In this document: positions 1-12,917 of the stretch, piece by piece
Numbering within the stretch: position 1 is the stretch's first letter
How the letters are laid out: each line of letters opens with the position of its first letter
DNA from: Candidatus Gottesmanbacteria bacterium
GTDB taxonomy: Bacteria; Patescibacteriota; Microgenomatia; 2-02-FULL-39-11
NCBI GenBank assembly: GCA_016218275.1
Contig: JACREK010000001.1
Location: forward strand, 1 to 35,458
Length of the DNA stretch: 35,458 nucleotides
Direction of reading: 5' to 3'
The notes under the pieces: model-generated
Databases searched by the model: none
The model's input: the letters and a program-made list of their open reading frames with translations, nothing else
Told to the model about the DNA's origin: nothing
Position numbers and translations under genes: made by a program

Positions 1-302
1 CTTATAATCTGGTTAATATACCCAGATGGAGCAGTTGTCATAGCAGAGTCAGACAAAGCCCCAGCAGACACATCTGTGACCCAGGGAAATCCGCTTTTGA
101 CCGAATAATATCTGATTGCGGAATTATATACTTCGGTAGTCGTATTTCTTCTTGAAGTATCAGTACCTTTCTTTAACTGCTCAAAAGGATCAACAGTTGC
201 CAGAAGTCCTACCGCCAAAGCGCCCAAAAGTGCGATAACTATAAGAAGTTCGATCAGTGTAAAACCTTGATTAATTTTCAATTTTAAATTTTCAATTTTC
301 AA
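1..302 (-). CDS. Type IV pilin-like protein (prepilin N-terminal cleavage/methylation motif), runs off the window edge
   Basis: Manual translation from TTG at 302: MKIENLKLKINQG|FTLIELLIVIALLGALAVGLLATVDPFEQLKKG. GFTLIE motif plus hydrophobic helix, strong SD GGAGGAGGTG at about 313-322, downstream of pilC. Absent from the ORF track because it is truncated. Confidence 0.93.
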   Translation of the reverse strand, partial: MKIENLKLKINQGFTLIELLIVIALLGALAVGLLATVDPFEQLKKGTDTSRRNTTTEVYNSAIRYYSVKSGFPWVTDVSAGALSDSAMTTAPSGYINQII

Positions 303-356
303 TTTAATTTTTCACCTCCTCCAAATTAGACCAATTGGTCTAATTAGACAAATTTG

Positions 357-1556
357 CTAGAACTTGCTTGTCAAAGAGTAAATCGGCAGAAGGACCGCCA
401 TGACCAAAAAACCGACTCCCAAGCCTAATACAACCATGATAAGAGGTTCCATAAGCGTTGTCAAGGAACGTATCGCCGTTTCTGCTTCAGTCTCAAAATA
501 TACCGATAATTTCATCAGAGAATCACCCAGTTTACCTGTCTGTTCGCCAACAGCTACCATCTGTCCTAAAATTGGCGGAAACAGGGGATTATTTGACAGA
601 GGCTCAGAGAGCGGAAAACCTTTTTCCACTTTTTTGGCCGCCGCAGAAAAAGTTTCTTTATATAATATATTTCCGGTGGCATTTTGAGATATTTCCAGTG
701 CCTGCAATATCGGCACTCCGCCTTCAACAAGCATTGATAATGTTCTAGTCACTTCAACCAGTGTAGCTTCCTTAATCAATGACCCGAAAACGGGTATTTT
801 CAAAGATAAAGCAGCCAATACATGTTTACCAAACCAGGTTTCTTTCCAGCGGAGAAAAAACATTACCAAAAAAACTGCACCTCCTATAATCAGATACCAT
901 GAATTGATAAGAAAAGAGGAAACGGCAATAAGAATCTGGGTAGGCACAGGGAGACTGACGCCGAATTCTTTATACATGGTGGTCAGTCTCGGTACTACCA
1001 CGGTCATCACGATAAATGTCACTATACCCATACCGCTGATAACAATTGTCGGATAGATAAGCGTTCCTCTGACCTTGCTGCGAAAACTGCGGGATTTTTC
1101 CAGATTATCGGCAAGTCTGGACAATATGACATCCAACTTTCCCGAAGCTTCTCCAGCTTTCACCAAAGCAATATAAATCGGCGGAAAAATTTTGGGATAT
1201 TTTTCCAGAACTTCGGCAAAAGATTTACCTCCTTGGACATCTGTGGCTATTTGATTTACCAGTTTTATAAGGGAGGGTTTTGACAACTGCTGCTGCAATA
1301 TGGAAAGTGACTCTACCAGAGTCAGCCCGGCGGTTATCATGGTTGCCAGCTGCCGTGTAAAATGGACCAGTTCATCAAAAGAAACTCTGTCTCCTCCCAA
1401 TGAAAGAGAAATCGGCGGAGTGTATTCTTTGATATTGATTACATATAGCCCCCGTTCGTGAAGAAGATTTGCAGCTTGGGGTAAAGTCGTTGCTTCAACT
1501 ATGCCTTTTTGTGTTTTTCCTTGATTGTCTTTTGCTTTATAGTTAAATCTGGCCAT
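357..1556 (-). CDS. pilC: Type IV pilus platform protein PilC (T2SS F family)
   Basis: FTRQLATMITAGLTL, GEASGKLD and GEQTGKL duplicated T2SSF domains, EPLIMV C-terminal TM; context pilB-pilT-pilC-pilin. Confidence 0.95.
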   Translation of the reverse strand: MARFNYKAKDNQGKTQKGIVEATTLPQAANLLHERGLYVINIKEYTPPISLSLGGDRVSFDELVHFTRQLATMITAGLTLVESLSILQQQLSKPSLIKLVNQIATDVQGGKSFAEVLEKYPKIFPPIYIALVKAGEASGKLDVILSRLADNLEKSRSFRSKVRGTLIYPTIVISGMGIVTFIVMTVVVPRLTTMYKEFGVSLPVPTQILIAVSSFLINSWYLIIGGAVFLVMFFLRWKETWFGKHVLAALSLKIPVFGSLIKEATLVEVTRTLSMLVEGGVPILQALEISQNATGNILYKETFSAAAKKVEKGFPLSEPLSNNPLFPPILGQMVAVGEQTGKLGDSLMKLSVYFETEAETAIRSLTTLMEPLIMVVLGLGVGFLVMAVLLPIYSLTSKF

Positions 1557-1557
1557 A

Positions 1558-2625
1558 TCAACGTTGCGCCAGCTGAAGATATCTCTCTGGCCTTATGGCA
1601 TACTCCAGCGCCACTTCATGGGAAACTACATTGTTTTCTACTAATTGGTGCAGATGTTCCTCAAAAAGTATCATTCCTTCTGCTTTCGATGTCTGAATAA
1701 TATTGTCAATCAGATGAGTTTTGCCTTCTCTTATCGTATTTTTAACGCTTGGATTCCCCAATAAAACTTCACAGACCGGTACCCGGCCAACGGCCATGCT
1801 TGGAACTAAACGTTGAGCTACAATTGCCGATATGACCATCGAAAGCTGGGACCGTACCTGGGACTGGGAAGATGCTGAAAAACTGTCGATAATCCTGTCA
1901 ATAGTTTGAGCAGCTGAGTTGGTATGCAGCGTGGAAAAAACCAGATGTCCCGTCTCGGCAATAGTCAAGGCGGAGGAAATTGTCTCAAAATCTCTCATCT
2001 CACCGATATAAACAACATCCGGATCTTCTCTCAAAATATTTCTAAGTGCGGAAGTCCAGGAGTGGGTATCCTGATACATTTCTCTTTGGGAAATTATGGA
2101 TTTGGCTTTTGTGTAGACATATTCAATCGGATCCTCAACTGTGATTATATGAGAGCTGCGGGTATTATTGATTTCGGCAATGATGGAAGCAAGTGTAGTA
2201 GACTTACCTTGTCCTGAAGCTCCAGTCAAAAGAACAAAACCCTGTTTCAATTTGGCAAATTCATGTAAAATCGGCGGCAGATTCAGTTCATCTATTGTGG
2301 CAACTGTTGCCGGAATCAGACGGAAAGATGCGGAAAGAGTATTCCTTTGGAAGTAAGCATTACCCCGGAATCGTATTTCTTTACCATCAGAAGTAGTTAC
2401 TACGGTTGAAAAATCCAGCTCCTTGTTGGCAAGCAAAAGTTCTTTTTGGGCAGGATTTATAAGTGCAAAAATCATCTGTTCGACATCTGCGCAAGTTAGC
2501 TCTGGAAAAGTTATCAAAGAATGAAGCTGTCCATGAATCCGCAACGTTGGTACATGAGCAACAACCAGATGCAAATCCGAGGCATTGCGGGTTAATGTAA
2601 CAGTAAGAAGCTCACGGATATCCAT
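1558..2625 (-). CDS. pilT: Type IV pilus retraction ATPase PilT
   Basis: ASDLHL N-terminus, Walker A GASGQGKST, EDPIE, LREDPDVVYIGEMRD, AETGHLVFSTLHTNSA, AIRNLIRE-like SVKNTIRE. Confidence 0.95.
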   Translation of the reverse strand: MDIRELLTVTLTRNASDLHLVVAHVPTLRIHGQLHSLITFPELTCADVEQMIFALINPAQKELLLANKELDFSTVVTTSDGKEIRFRGNAYFQRNTLSASFRLIPATVATIDELNLPPILHEFAKLKQGFVLLTGASGQGKSTTLASIIAEINNTRSSHIITVEDPIEYVYTKAKSIISQREMYQDTHSWTSALRNILREDPDVVYIGEMRDFETISSALTIAETGHLVFSTLHTNSAAQTIDRIIDSFSASSQSQVRSQLSMVISAIVAQRLVPSMAVGRVPVCEVLLGNPSVKNTIREGKTHLIDNIIQTSKAEGMILFEEHLHQLVENNVVSHEVALEYAIRPERYLQLAQR

Positions 2626-2634
2626 AAATTTTTC

Positions 2635-2811
2635 GTAATCGTTCAGGAATAGTCAAAACTTTGTCATTCCGAGTGTAACGAGGAATCTCTCGCGTATGCG
2701 AGCTCGAACAAGCCTGCACTGAGCTTGTCGAATGTGTCGAGAGATTGCTTCGTCACGCATTATCATGCGTTCCTCGCAATGACATTTCTTTGTCAAATCC
2801 TGAACGATTAC
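2635..2811. mobile_element. MITE-like element with 14 bp perfect TIR enclosing a REP doublet
   Basis: GTAATCGTTCAGGA (2635-2648) / TCCTGAACGATTAC (2798-2811); internal TGTCATTCCGA..GAGGAATCTCTC ... GAGAGATTGC..GCAATGACA (2662-2784); no clean TSD. Confidence 0.75.
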
Positions 2812-2853
2812 ATAAAATTAGTGTTTATAAGTTCTTGTGTTCTTCAGTTTTTA

Positions 2854-4557
2854 TTACTCCTGAGCTACTCTAAGTATTTCTTCAATGGTGGTAATTCCTT
2901 CTATAACTTTGAGGTATCCATCCTGTTTCATCGTAATCATTCCTTCTTCTCTTGCCTGTTTTTCTATATCATCAGCCGAGCCTCTTTCCAAAATCAGTTT
3001 GGCAGAAGCTTGGGATATGCTGACAACTTCAAAAATTCCAATCCTGCCCAAATATCCGGTATTGTTGCATTCTTTGCAGCCCCGTCCGCGGAAAAGTTCT
3101 AATTCTTTTTTATCCGGCGGATATAGATTGCCCAAAATATTTTTAATATCAGCGGCTACTTCCAAAGAGGGAGTATAAGTTTCTTTACAGACGGTACAAA
3201 TTTTTCTGGTAATTCTTTGAGCTTCCACCGCATTTAATACCGAAACCACCAAAAATGGTTCGGCGCCAAGGTCAAGCAGTCTGGGTATAGCTGTTGCGGC
3301 ATTGTTGGTATGCAGCGTGGAAAAAACCAGATGTCCCGTTAAAGCTGCCTGGATGGCCAGATTTACGGTTTCATTATCACGTATTTCACCAACCAAAATG
3401 ATATTGGGATCCTGCCGCAAAAAAGACCGCAAACCAGAGGCAAAAGTGAGCCCTGCCGTCGGATTTACCTGCACCTGGTTCAGCCCGACTATCTCATATT
3501 CCACCGGATCTTCCAATGTCACTATATTCACTTTCTCCGTATTAAGCTTGGTCAGGAGGGAATAAAGAGTTGTCGTTTTTCCGCTTCCTGTCGGCCCGGT
3601 CACCAGAATAATTCCGTGCGGTCTGGTGACTGCAGTTTCCAGATTTTTCAAAGATATGCCGCGCAGTCCCAACTCATTCAAACTGGGAATTCCGCCTGTC
3701 TTTTTCAACAGTCTCATCACCACTTTCTCGCCATGCATGGTAGGAAGTGTTGAAACCCTCAAATCCACTTCTTCTTGGGCAAGCTTGAAATTAAAACGTC
3801 CGTCTTGAGGTATACGGCGTTCGTCAATCTTCATATCCGAGAGAATTTTTATTCTGGAAATAACCGCTTCATTCATCGCTTTGGGAAGAGCAAGCTTTTC
3901 ATGTAATATTCCGTCTATTCTATAGCGCACGCGGACTCTTCCCTCCTGAGGTTCGATATGGACATCTGAGGCGCGACTGCGAACGGCATACTCAAGGATT
4001 GTAGAAACAATTTTGGCAATCGGAGCCTCTTTTATAATTTTCCCGATATTTTCCGCTTCAATAGTTTTTACTTCACCTTCACTTGTCTCTTTTAGTGCCT
4101 CTGATACTTCCGTTGATAATCCTGCGGAATATTCCTCTTCTATCTTTTGCATTATTTCGCCTTCTTTGGCCAAATAGGGAACTATGGATTTACCCGCCTT
4201 CTGTTCCAGGAATTCAATCAGAGGAAGATCCATCGGCTCTACCATCGCCACTTTCAGCTTATCTTCTTTTTTATCCAACTCAAAAGGAATCAGTTTGTAT
4301 TTTCGGGCGACCGGCTCTGGTATAAAGTTGAGAATCTCGGGAGAAATACCCCGGCCAACCAGGGAGACATAAGGAACGTGTACAATTTGGGCTTTTGACT
4401 GCAGGAGCGTATCCTCATCGACAATATTTTTGGAAAGAAGTATTTCTGAAACAGTACGGCCTGAATTGATGGCAGAAACTTTTATTTCCTCGGCCATCGC
4501 TTCTGTGATTCGACCGCTGTCTAATAAAGTAGTTAGAATTTGTTGATCAACATTCAT
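2854..4557 (-). CDS. pilB: Type IV pilus assembly ATPase PilB (GspE/PulE family)
   Basis: ASDVHIEP, PQDGR, GPTGSGKTT, LRQDPNIILVGEIRD, Zn-binding CxxC...GCxxC. Confidence 0.95.
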   Translation of the reverse strand: MNVDQQILTTLLDSGRITEAMAEEIKVSAINSGRTVSEILLSKNIVDEDTLLQSKAQIVHVPYVSLVGRGISPEILNFIPEPVARKYKLIPFELDKKEDKLKVAMVEPMDLPLIEFLEQKAGKSIVPYLAKEGEIMQKIEEEYSAGLSTEVSEALKETSEGEVKTIEAENIGKIIKEAPIAKIVSTILEYAVRSRASDVHIEPQEGRVRVRYRIDGILHEKLALPKAMNEAVISRIKILSDMKIDERRIPQDGRFNFKLAQEEVDLRVSTLPTMHGEKVVMRLLKKTGGIPSLNELGLRGISLKNLETAVTRPHGIILVTGPTGSGKTTTLYSLLTKLNTEKVNIVTLEDPVEYEIVGLNQVQVNPTAGLTFASGLRSFLRQDPNIILVGEIRDNETVNLAIQAALTGHLVFSTLHTNNAATAIPRLLDLGAEPFLVVSVLNAVEAQRITRKICTVCKETYTPSLEVAADIKNILGNLYPPDKKELELFRGRGCKECNNTGYLGRIGIFEVVSISQASAKLILERGSADDIEKQAREEGMITMKQDGYLKVIEGITTIEEILRVAQE

Positions 4558-4565
4558 GGGCAGGA

Positions 4566-4741
4566 AATTAAAATCTTAAATCCAAATATCGAAATCACAA
4601 ATAATATCTAAATGACAGTCAACCTGTCATCCCGACCAAAGTGGAGGGATCTCTAAAAATATTTAGAGAGATTCCTCGACAAGCTCGGAATGACACAAAG
4701 TGTCAATTTATTTAGGATTTCGGATTTCGTGCTTCGAATTT
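4566..4741. repeat. Heptamer-periodic inverted repeat arms enclosing a REP doublet
   Basis: Arms AAATCTT-AAATCC-AAATATCG-AAATCAC ... TTTAGGATTTCGGATTTCGTGCTTCGAATTT; inner TGTCATCCCGA..GAGGGATCTCT ... AGAGATTCCTC..TCGGAATGACA (4625-4695). Confidence 0.75.
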
Positions 4742-4798
4742 ATGGATTATTTCTATTATCTCCATTCTGGCGTATAATTGTCAACAGAGGAAAGCAAT

Positions 4799-5473
4799 AT
4801 GCAAACCTATCTAATAGCTTCTAACAATCAATTGTTTGTCAACGAACAAGTCGAAAAGATAAAGAAACAACTCAATGTTTCTCCTTTTAATCTTCATGAA
4901 ATAACACCTTCTCCGTCAATTTCAATTGCAACTGTCCGAAATATTACTGCGATTTTAAGCCGCAAACCGTATGGAGGCGGCGGCAGACTGCTGATTATAA
5001 GAGGTGTGGAAAAAGCAACTCTTGAGGCGGCAAATGCCATGCTGAAATTATTGGAAGAACCGCCACCGGAAAATATAATCATCTTAACCTGTGACAATAT
5101 AAACCGACTTTTGCCAACTATTGTCTCCCGCTGTCAGATAATTGTGGATAGTCAAGGAACCGGCGGGAATTTAACTGATTTTGAAAAGATAACTTCCCTG
5201 GTCAAAAAGATTATTCTGGCTTCAACCGGAGAGAGGTTGTTGATGGCGGGGGATCTGGCAAAAGGAAAAGAAGACACCCTTTTGTTTTTGGATTCTCTTC
5301 TTTTTGTTCTGGAAAAAAATCTTCACCGGAAGTCAAAAGACATTCCTCTTTCTCCCGTTGAAATCAGTTCTATCATTACAAAAGTATTGGCGGCAAAACG
5401 CTATATTGAAAGAAATGTTAATTTTAAAGCTACTTTGGATATACTTTTTTTAGGCTTTCCAAAATCTCACTAG
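4799..5473 (+). CDS. holB: DNA polymerase III delta-prime-like clamp loader subunit (N-terminally reduced)
   Basis: ISIATVR, EAANAMLKLLEEPP, LLPTIVSRC motifs; lacks the N-terminal P-loop region; ATG 4799 preferred over TTG 4778. Confidence 0.82.
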   Translation: MQTYLIASNNQLFVNEQVEKIKKQLNVSPFNLHEITPSPSISIATVRNITAILSRKPYGGGGRLLIIRGVEKATLEAANAMLKLLEEPPPENIIILTCDNINRLLPTIVSRCQIIVDSQGTGGNLTDFEKITSLVKKIILASTGERLLMAGDLAKGKEDTLLFLDSLLFVLEKNLHRKSKDIPLSPVEISSIITKVLAAKRYIERNVNFKATLDILFLGFPKSH

Positions 5474-5495
5474 GCAAACGTAGGCAAACTAGGCA

Positions 5496-5532
5496 AACGA
5501 AACGGGTTCGTTTTATATATGATGAACCGGTA
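5496..5532. repeat. REP-like palindromes on the left flank of the RAYT gene
   Basis: AACGAAACGGGTTC (5496-5509) is the exact reverse complement of 6244-6257; GATGAACCGGTA (5521-5532) matches the reverse complement of 6201-6212 at 11/12. Confidence 0.75.
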
Positions 5533-5535
5533 GAA

Positions 5536-6177
5536 TTACTCAAGAAGAAGATGTTTTATATACGATAACTTCCTCTGATAATCTTTCTGATCCAGAACAA
5601 ATTTTTGATAATTCTCCCTTGAGATATTAGCTATTATCATTCTTGGGTCAACTATATTAGATTTTTCTTTTCCCAGATAGATCAAATAAGAAGAGTAGGG
5701 ATAGTCCTCAGGTTTTTCAACTAAATAGCCAGTAACTGGATTAAGATGAATATAACGAGAAAGATGGAAAAGTTGCTCATCTGTTTCTACTCGTACCGCT
5801 TTGAAATTTCCCTCAAAGACCGGACCTTTTGTCTGAGATTTTAGATTAAAATAATGAGCATAACTATTAGAAAGTCTCTGAATAAATTGTCTTATTCCAT
5901 TGTCCATCTCTTGTTTGAGGGTAAAATGAAAATGGGTAGGCATGAGACAAAAATTAATGATGGTAACGGTTCTTTTCTTAAAATCAACCGAGTATTTGTT
6001 TTTATGGCTACGATAAATTGAAAATCGTATTGGAGGATTGGCTTGGAGATAATATTCTATCGCTTCAAAGAATAACTGATAATCCCACTTTGTATTGAAA
6101 ATTGGGATTGTGCGAACGGAACGATTGAAAATATGATAGACTTCACCACTCGCTAAAATCGTCCTTCTATGTCCCAT
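5536..6177 (-). mobile_element. REP-associated tyrosine transposase (RAYT, Y1/HUH superfamily)
   Basis: YHIFNRS, FCLMPTHFH (HUH), LSRYIHLNP (catalytic Tyr), YPYSSY motifs; flanked by inverted palindromic repeats. Confidence 0.9.
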
Positions 6178-6200
6178 CGATTTTTACTCTACCTTAAATT

Positions 6201-6257
6201 TACCGGTTCGTCAATAGGAAAACGAACCGGGATCGTTAAGACTGAACCCGTTTCGTT
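6201..6257. repeat. REP-like palindromes on the right flank of the RAYT gene
   Basis: TACCGGTTCGTC..AACGAACCGG..GAACCCGTTTCGTT, inverted relative to the left flank copies. Confidence 0.75.
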
Positions 6258-6278
6258 AAAATTGCACGGGGTGGGGTA

Positions 6279-6307
6279 TTGATAAACCAATAAACCTTGG
6301 CTATAAT
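6279..6307 (+). promoter_or_regulatory. Sigma70-type promoter for gyrB
   Basis: TTGATA-17 nt-TATAAT; predicted +1 falls at about 6314, the GTG start. Confidence 0.6.
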
Positions 6308-6310
6308 TGA

Positions 6311-8314
<2,004 letters not shown>

Positions 8315-8328
8315 AAAGGAGTACTTTT

Positions 8329-10344
8329 ATGTCCTATCTTAATCTTTCCATTGGCGCCGGACTTTTGGCCGTCTTTTACGGATTATTCCAGACATGGAAA
8401 ATTTTAAAACTTCCAAAAGGAACTGCCGATATGGTCTCAATTTCCGATGCAATTGCAGAAGGAGCAAGCGCCTTTTTAAACAGACAATATAAAACTGTAG
8501 CTATTTTTGCTGTTGTCATATTTTTTATTCTCTATTTTACTTTGGGACTGCTGTCAGCCGTTGCTTTTGCCATCGGTGCAGTATGTTCGGCAGTTGCCGG
8601 TTTTATCGGTATGAATGTTGCGGTACGCGCCAATGTCCGCTGTACAGAAGCTGCCAAAAAGGGATTATCTGAGGCCTTATCTGTAGCTTTTGCAGGAGGA
8701 AGCGTTACCGGTCTGATTGTGGCCGGCCTTGCGTTATTAGCAGTTTCTATTACTTACCTTCTAATTTCTAACCTCCAACCTCTAACCTCCAATCTTCAGC
8801 CTTTGGTTGCCCTTGGTTTTGGCGGATCTCTTATTTCTGTCTTTGCCAGACTGGGAGGAGGAATTTATACCAAAGGTGCAGACGTAGGTACGGATATGGT
8901 CGGAAAAATAGAAAAAGGAATTCCTGAGGATGACCCGAGAAATCCGGGAGTGATTGCCGATTTGGTAGGGGATAATGTCGGTGATGATGCCGGAATGGCG
9001 GCAGACCTTTTCGAAACCTATGTTGTCACCGCTGTTGCGGTAATGCTCTTGGCCCAACTGATGCTGCCTATGTTTAATAATGCGCTTATTTTCCCCATTG
9101 CGGTCGGCGGCGGCGGCATAGTCTCATCAATACTGGGTACATTTTTTGTTCGACTAAGTAGTAATGGTAAAATCATGCCTGCTTTATATAAAGGCCTTAT
9201 CGCTACAACCATATTTTCCGTTTTGATATTTTATTTCATCACAAAAACGCTGATGGATGGCAACGGTTTGTATGAGAGTATAAATCTTTATATTGCGGCC
9301 TTGATAGGTATTGCAGTCACTGTAGGGATGGTGGCAATTACCGAATATTTTACCTCAAAAAATTATTCACCGGTGAAAAGTATTGCTTATGCCGGGAATA
9401 CCGGACACGGTACAAATATTATTGCCGGTCTGGCAATATCCATGAAATCAACATTTCCGCCTATCCTTTTGATAGCTGGAGCAATATTTTCCTCATACTT
9501 TCTGGCAGGACTTTATGGGGTAGCTCTTTCTGCCATGTCCATGCTTTCCCTCACCGGAATAGTGGTTGCCATAGATGCATTTGGACCGATTACGGATAAT
9601 GCCGGAGGAATAGCGGAGATGACCCATCAAAGCGAAAAAGTGAGAAAAGTTACGGATGCACTTGATGCGGTAGGAAATACAACCAAAGCAGTCACCAAAG
9701 CATACGCTATTGCCTCGGCGGGACTGGCGGCTTTAGTTTTATTCGCCAGCTATACGCAGGAATTATCCAAATCAACTACCGGACAATTATCATTTTCGCT
9801 GTCAGATCCAAAAGTCTTAATCGGTCTTTTGATTGGAGCATCACTGCCTTATCTTTTTGGAGCATTGGCGATGGAAGCGGTAGGAAAAGCAGCCGAGGAA
9901 GTTGTACTGGAGGTGAGGCGCCAGTTTAGGGAAATTAAAGGCATTATGGAAGGAAAAGAGAAACCCCAGTACGGACAGGCTGTCGATATAGTTACCCAAG
10001 CTGCAATCAGGGAGATGATACTGCCTGCGAGCCTTCCTGTGATTACCCCGATTCTGGTTGGATTTTTGCTTGGCAGCGCTGCCCTTGGAGGAGTGCTTGT
10101 AGGTACAATTATTACCGGACTTTTTGTCGCTATCTCCATGACTACCGGAGGCGCTGCTTGGGATAATGCTAAAAAATATATAGAAGAAGGAAACCTCGGC
10201 GGAAAAGGAGGCAGTGCCCATCAAGCGGCGGTCACAGGAGATACGGTCGGAGACCCTTATAAAGATACGGCCGGACCGGCAATAAACCCGATGATAAAAG
10301 TGGCAAATATTGTGGCGCTTTTGATCGCGCCTTTCCTTAAGTGA
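8329..10344 (+). CDS. hppA: Membrane H+-translocating pyrophosphatase, K+-independent type
   Basis: [51 protein letters not shown] (Lys signature), [11 protein letters not shown]. Confidence 0.96.
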   Translation: MSYLNLSIGAGLLAVFYGLFQTWKILKLPKGTADMVSISDAIAEGASAFLNRQYKTVAIFAVVIFFILYFTLGLLSAVAFAIGAVCSAVAGFIGMNVAVRANVRCTEAAKKGLSEALSVAFAGGSVTGLIVAGLALLAVSITYLLISNLQPLTSNLQPLVALGFGGSLISVFARLGGGIYTKGADVGTDMVGKIEKGIPEDDPRNPGVIADLVGDNVGDDAGMAADLFETYVVTAVAVMLLAQLMLPMFNNALIFPIAVGGGGIVSSILGTFFVRLSSNGKIMPALYKGLIATTIFSVLIFYFITKTLMDGNGLYESINLYIAALIGIAVTVGMVAITEYFTSKNYSPVKSIAYAGNTGHGTNIIAGLAISMKSTFPPILLIAGAIFSSYFLAGLYGVALSAMSMLSLTGIVVAIDAFGPITDNAGGIAEMTHQSEKVRKVTDALDAVGNTTKAVTKAYAIASAGLAALVLFASYTQELSKSTTGQLSFSLSDPKVLIGLLIGASLPYLFGALAMEAVGKAAEEVVLEVRRQFREIKGIMEGKEKPQYGQAVDIVTQAAIREMILPASLPVITPILVGFLLGSAALGGVLVGTIITGLFVAISMTTGGAAWDNAKKYIEEGNLGGKGGSAHQAAVTGDTVGDPYKDTAGPAINPMIKVANIVALLIAPFLK

Positions 10345-10373
10345 CCTAAGTAACTTAGGTAACTTAAGTGACT
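10338..10373. repeat. Nonamer tandem repeat (TAAGTRACY-like x4) spanning the hppA stop
   Basis: TAAGTGACC TAAGTAACT TAGGTAACT TAAGTGACT; related arrays at 14037-14063 and 34297-34323. Confidence 0.75.
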
Positions 10374-10381
10374 TTTGACTT

Positions 10382-12871
10382 ATGAATATCGGTAAACTTC
10401 AACCAACAGAAATAACAGTAGAGATGAAGCGCAGTTATTTGGATTACGCCATGAGCGTAATTGTTTCCCGTGCTCTCCCTGATGTCAGAGACGGTCTTAA
10501 ACCGGTGCATCGAAGAATACTTTTTGCCATGCACCAGCTGGGACTGCATTTTACAGGCAGGTATACCAAAAGTGCCAAAGTGGTAGGAGAAGTTTTGGGT
10601 AAATATCATCCTCACGGAGATATGCCTGTATATGATGCGTTGGTGAGGCTGGCACAGGACTTTTCCATGCGCTATCCCTTAATTGCCGGACAGGGTAATT
10701 TTGGCTCTGTAGATGGAGATCCGCCGGCTGCGATGCGTTATACAGAAGTAAAACTGGCAAAAATTGCAGAGGAAATGATGTTGGATCTGGAGAAAGAAAC
10801 TGTTAATTTTTCCGACAATTTTGACGGCACTTTAAAGGAACCGGATTGGCTGCCGGCAAAACTGCCAAATCTGCTTTTGATGGGATCAGACGGAATTGCC
10901 GTGGGTATGGCGACTAAAATCCCGCCACATAACTTGAGTGAGGTAGTCAATGCTATCATATTCATGCTGGATAAAGCAAAAATCCAACCAGCCTCCACCA
11001 TCCAACATCCAACTTCAATTACATTTGACGTTACTCTAGAAGATCTTCTTGGCTTTATCACCGGTCCCGACTTTCCTACGGCTGGTGCCATCTATGATAT
11101 AGAAGAAATCAAAAATGCCTACGCCACCGGACGGGGAAAGATAATTATGCGGGGAAAAGCGGAAATTGAAGATATCGGAAACGGCAAATCGGCAATCATA
11201 GTCACAGAACTCCCTTATCAAGTCAATAAAGCCCAGCTTGTTTCTCGTATCGCTCAACTGGTTAAGGATAAAAAAATTGACGGCATATCCGATCTTCGGG
11301 ATGAATCCGACAGGCACGGTATCCGTATGGTGGTTGAACTTAAAAGAGACAGCGTTCCCAAAAAAGTCTTAAACAACCTCTTCAAACACACGGAACTTCA
11401 GTCAAGCTTTCCGGTCAATATGGTAGCCCTGGTTGACGGCACTCCGCAGACTTTGACTCTGAAAATGATTATTGAAGAATATATAAAACACCGCCACGCA
11501 GTTATAAAAAGACGCAGTGAATTTGAATTGAAAGAAGCAAAGGCCCGGGAACATATTTTGGAGGGTCTAAAAATTGCCGTTGACCATATAGACGCCGTTA
11601 TTGAGACAATCAAGAGGGCAAAAGATGTCGACGATGCCAGAAATAAGCTGATGTCTAAATTTTCCCTGACTGAAATTCAGGCTCAGGCTATTTTGGATAT
11701 GCAGCTGAAAAGACTGGCGGCTTTGGAGCGGCAAAAGATAGAGGACGAACTCTCTATGATAAGAGAAACCATTGCCTATCTGACTGAACTTCTTGCCAAT
11801 CCCAAAAAGATTTTGAAGGTAGTCAAAGATGAGCTTCTCAAACTTAAAGAAAAATATGGAGACTCCCGAAGAACCAAAGTTTATAAATCAAAAGTAGGGG
11901 AATTTAGCGACGAACAACTGATACCGAATGAAGAAACGGTCATAGTCATCACCAAAAGCGGTTATGTAAAGCGGCAATCTCCTTCTTCATTTAAGCTTCA
12001 GGGAAGGGGCGGAAAAGGAGTTATCGGCATCACCACAAAAGAAGCAGATACCATCGAACATTTCCTCTCTGCTTATACTCACGATAATATTCTTTTCTTC
12101 ACCAATAAAGGAAAAGTCTACCAGCTGCGAGTTTGGGATCTGCCGGAGGGTACCCGAATCAGTAAAGGTCAGGCTATAGTAAATTTAATCAATATTGACC
12201 AAAATGAACTGGTGACAAGCGTCCTGTCATATGCGCTTAAGGGCGAGGAAAGTAAAATTTATTCTTATATAGTAAAGGCCACCAAAAAAGGCACCGTTAA
12301 GAAATCAAGACTCTCGGAATACGAAAATATAAGAAGGAATGGTCTTATTGCCATAAAATTAGAATCGCAAGATGAGCTTTGCTGGGCAAAACTTTCAACC
12401 GGAGACAACGACATATTGATAGTTTCTCACGAAGGCAAGTCCATCAAGTTCTCAGAGAGTGAAGTGAGAGCCACAGGCCGCGACACAATGGGTGTCCGGG
12501 GAATTTTAATAGGCAAAGATGATTATGTAGTCACTATGGAGGTGATTAAAAAGGAAAACAAAAGTTCAGATTTTCTTGCCATTATGGAAAAAGGGGTCGG
12601 TAAAAAAACTGCCGTTTCCGGCTTCCCCAAACAGCATCGCGGCGGCCAGGGAGTGAAAGTAGCCCAAATTACTTCTAAAACCGGCAAAGTTGCCCATGCA
12701 CAGATGATACCCGCCGACTGTCAGGATCTTGTTTTAACCTCATATAAAGGTCAAGTGGTAAAACTGCCAATCTCTTCTGTTCCTCGGCTTTCACGTGCAA
12801 CGTCAGGTGTGATTCTGATGAGATTTTCCGATAAATCCGATGGACTGGCAGCAGCAACGTGCCTAAGTTGA
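10382..12871 (+). CDS. gyrA: DNA gyrase subunit A
   Basis: [35 protein letters not shown] catalytic Tyr, GyrA-box QGRGGKG, beta-pinwheel repeats. Confidence 0.97.
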   Translation: MNIGKLQPTEITVEMKRSYLDYAMSVIVSRALPDVRDGLKPVHRRILFAMHQLGLHFTGRYTKSAKVVGEVLGKYHPHGDMPVYDALVRLAQDFSMRYPLIAGQGNFGSVDGDPPAAMRYTEVKLAKIAEEMMLDLEKETVNFSDNFDGTLKEPDWLPAKLPNLLLMGSDGIAVGMATKIPPHNLSEVVNAIIFMLDKAKIQPASTIQHPTSITFDVTLEDLLGFITGPDFPTAGAIYDIEEIKNAYATGRGKIIMRGKAEIEDIGNGKSAIIVTELPYQVNKAQLVSRIAQLVKDKKIDGISDLRDESDRHGIRMVVELKRDSVPKKVLNNLFKHTELQSSFPVNMVALVDGTPQTLTLKMIIEEYIKHRHAVIKRRSEFELKEAKAREHILEGLKIAVDHIDAVIETIKRAKDVDDARNKLMSKFSLTEIQAQAILDMQLKRLAALERQKIEDELSMIRETIAYLTELLANPKKILKVVKDELLKLKEKYGDSRRTKVYKSKVGEFSDEQLIPNEETVIVITKSGYVKRQSPSSFKLQGRGGKGVIGITTKEADTIEHFLSAYTHDNILFFTNKGKVYQLRVWDLPEGTRISKGQAIVNLINIDQNELVTSVLSYALKGEESKIYSYIVKATKKGTVKKSRLSEYENIRRNGLIAIKLESQDELCWAKLSTGDNDILIVSHEGKSIKFSESEVRATGRDTMGVRGILIGKDDYVVTMEVIKKENKSSDFLAIMEKGVGKKTAVSGFPKQHRGGQGVKVAQITSKTGKVAHAQMIPADCQDLVLTSYKGQVVKLPISSVPRLSRATSGVILMRFSDKSDGLAAATCLS

Positions 12872-12880
12872 CAACGCATT

Positions 12881-12907
12881 TGTCATCCCGAGCGAAGCGA
12901 GGGATCC
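12881..12907 (+). repeat. Solo REP-like hairpin upstream of folD
   Basis: TGTC-ATCCC-GA-GCGAAGC-GA-GGGAT. Confidence 0.75.
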
Positions 12908-12917
12908 CATCCGAATT

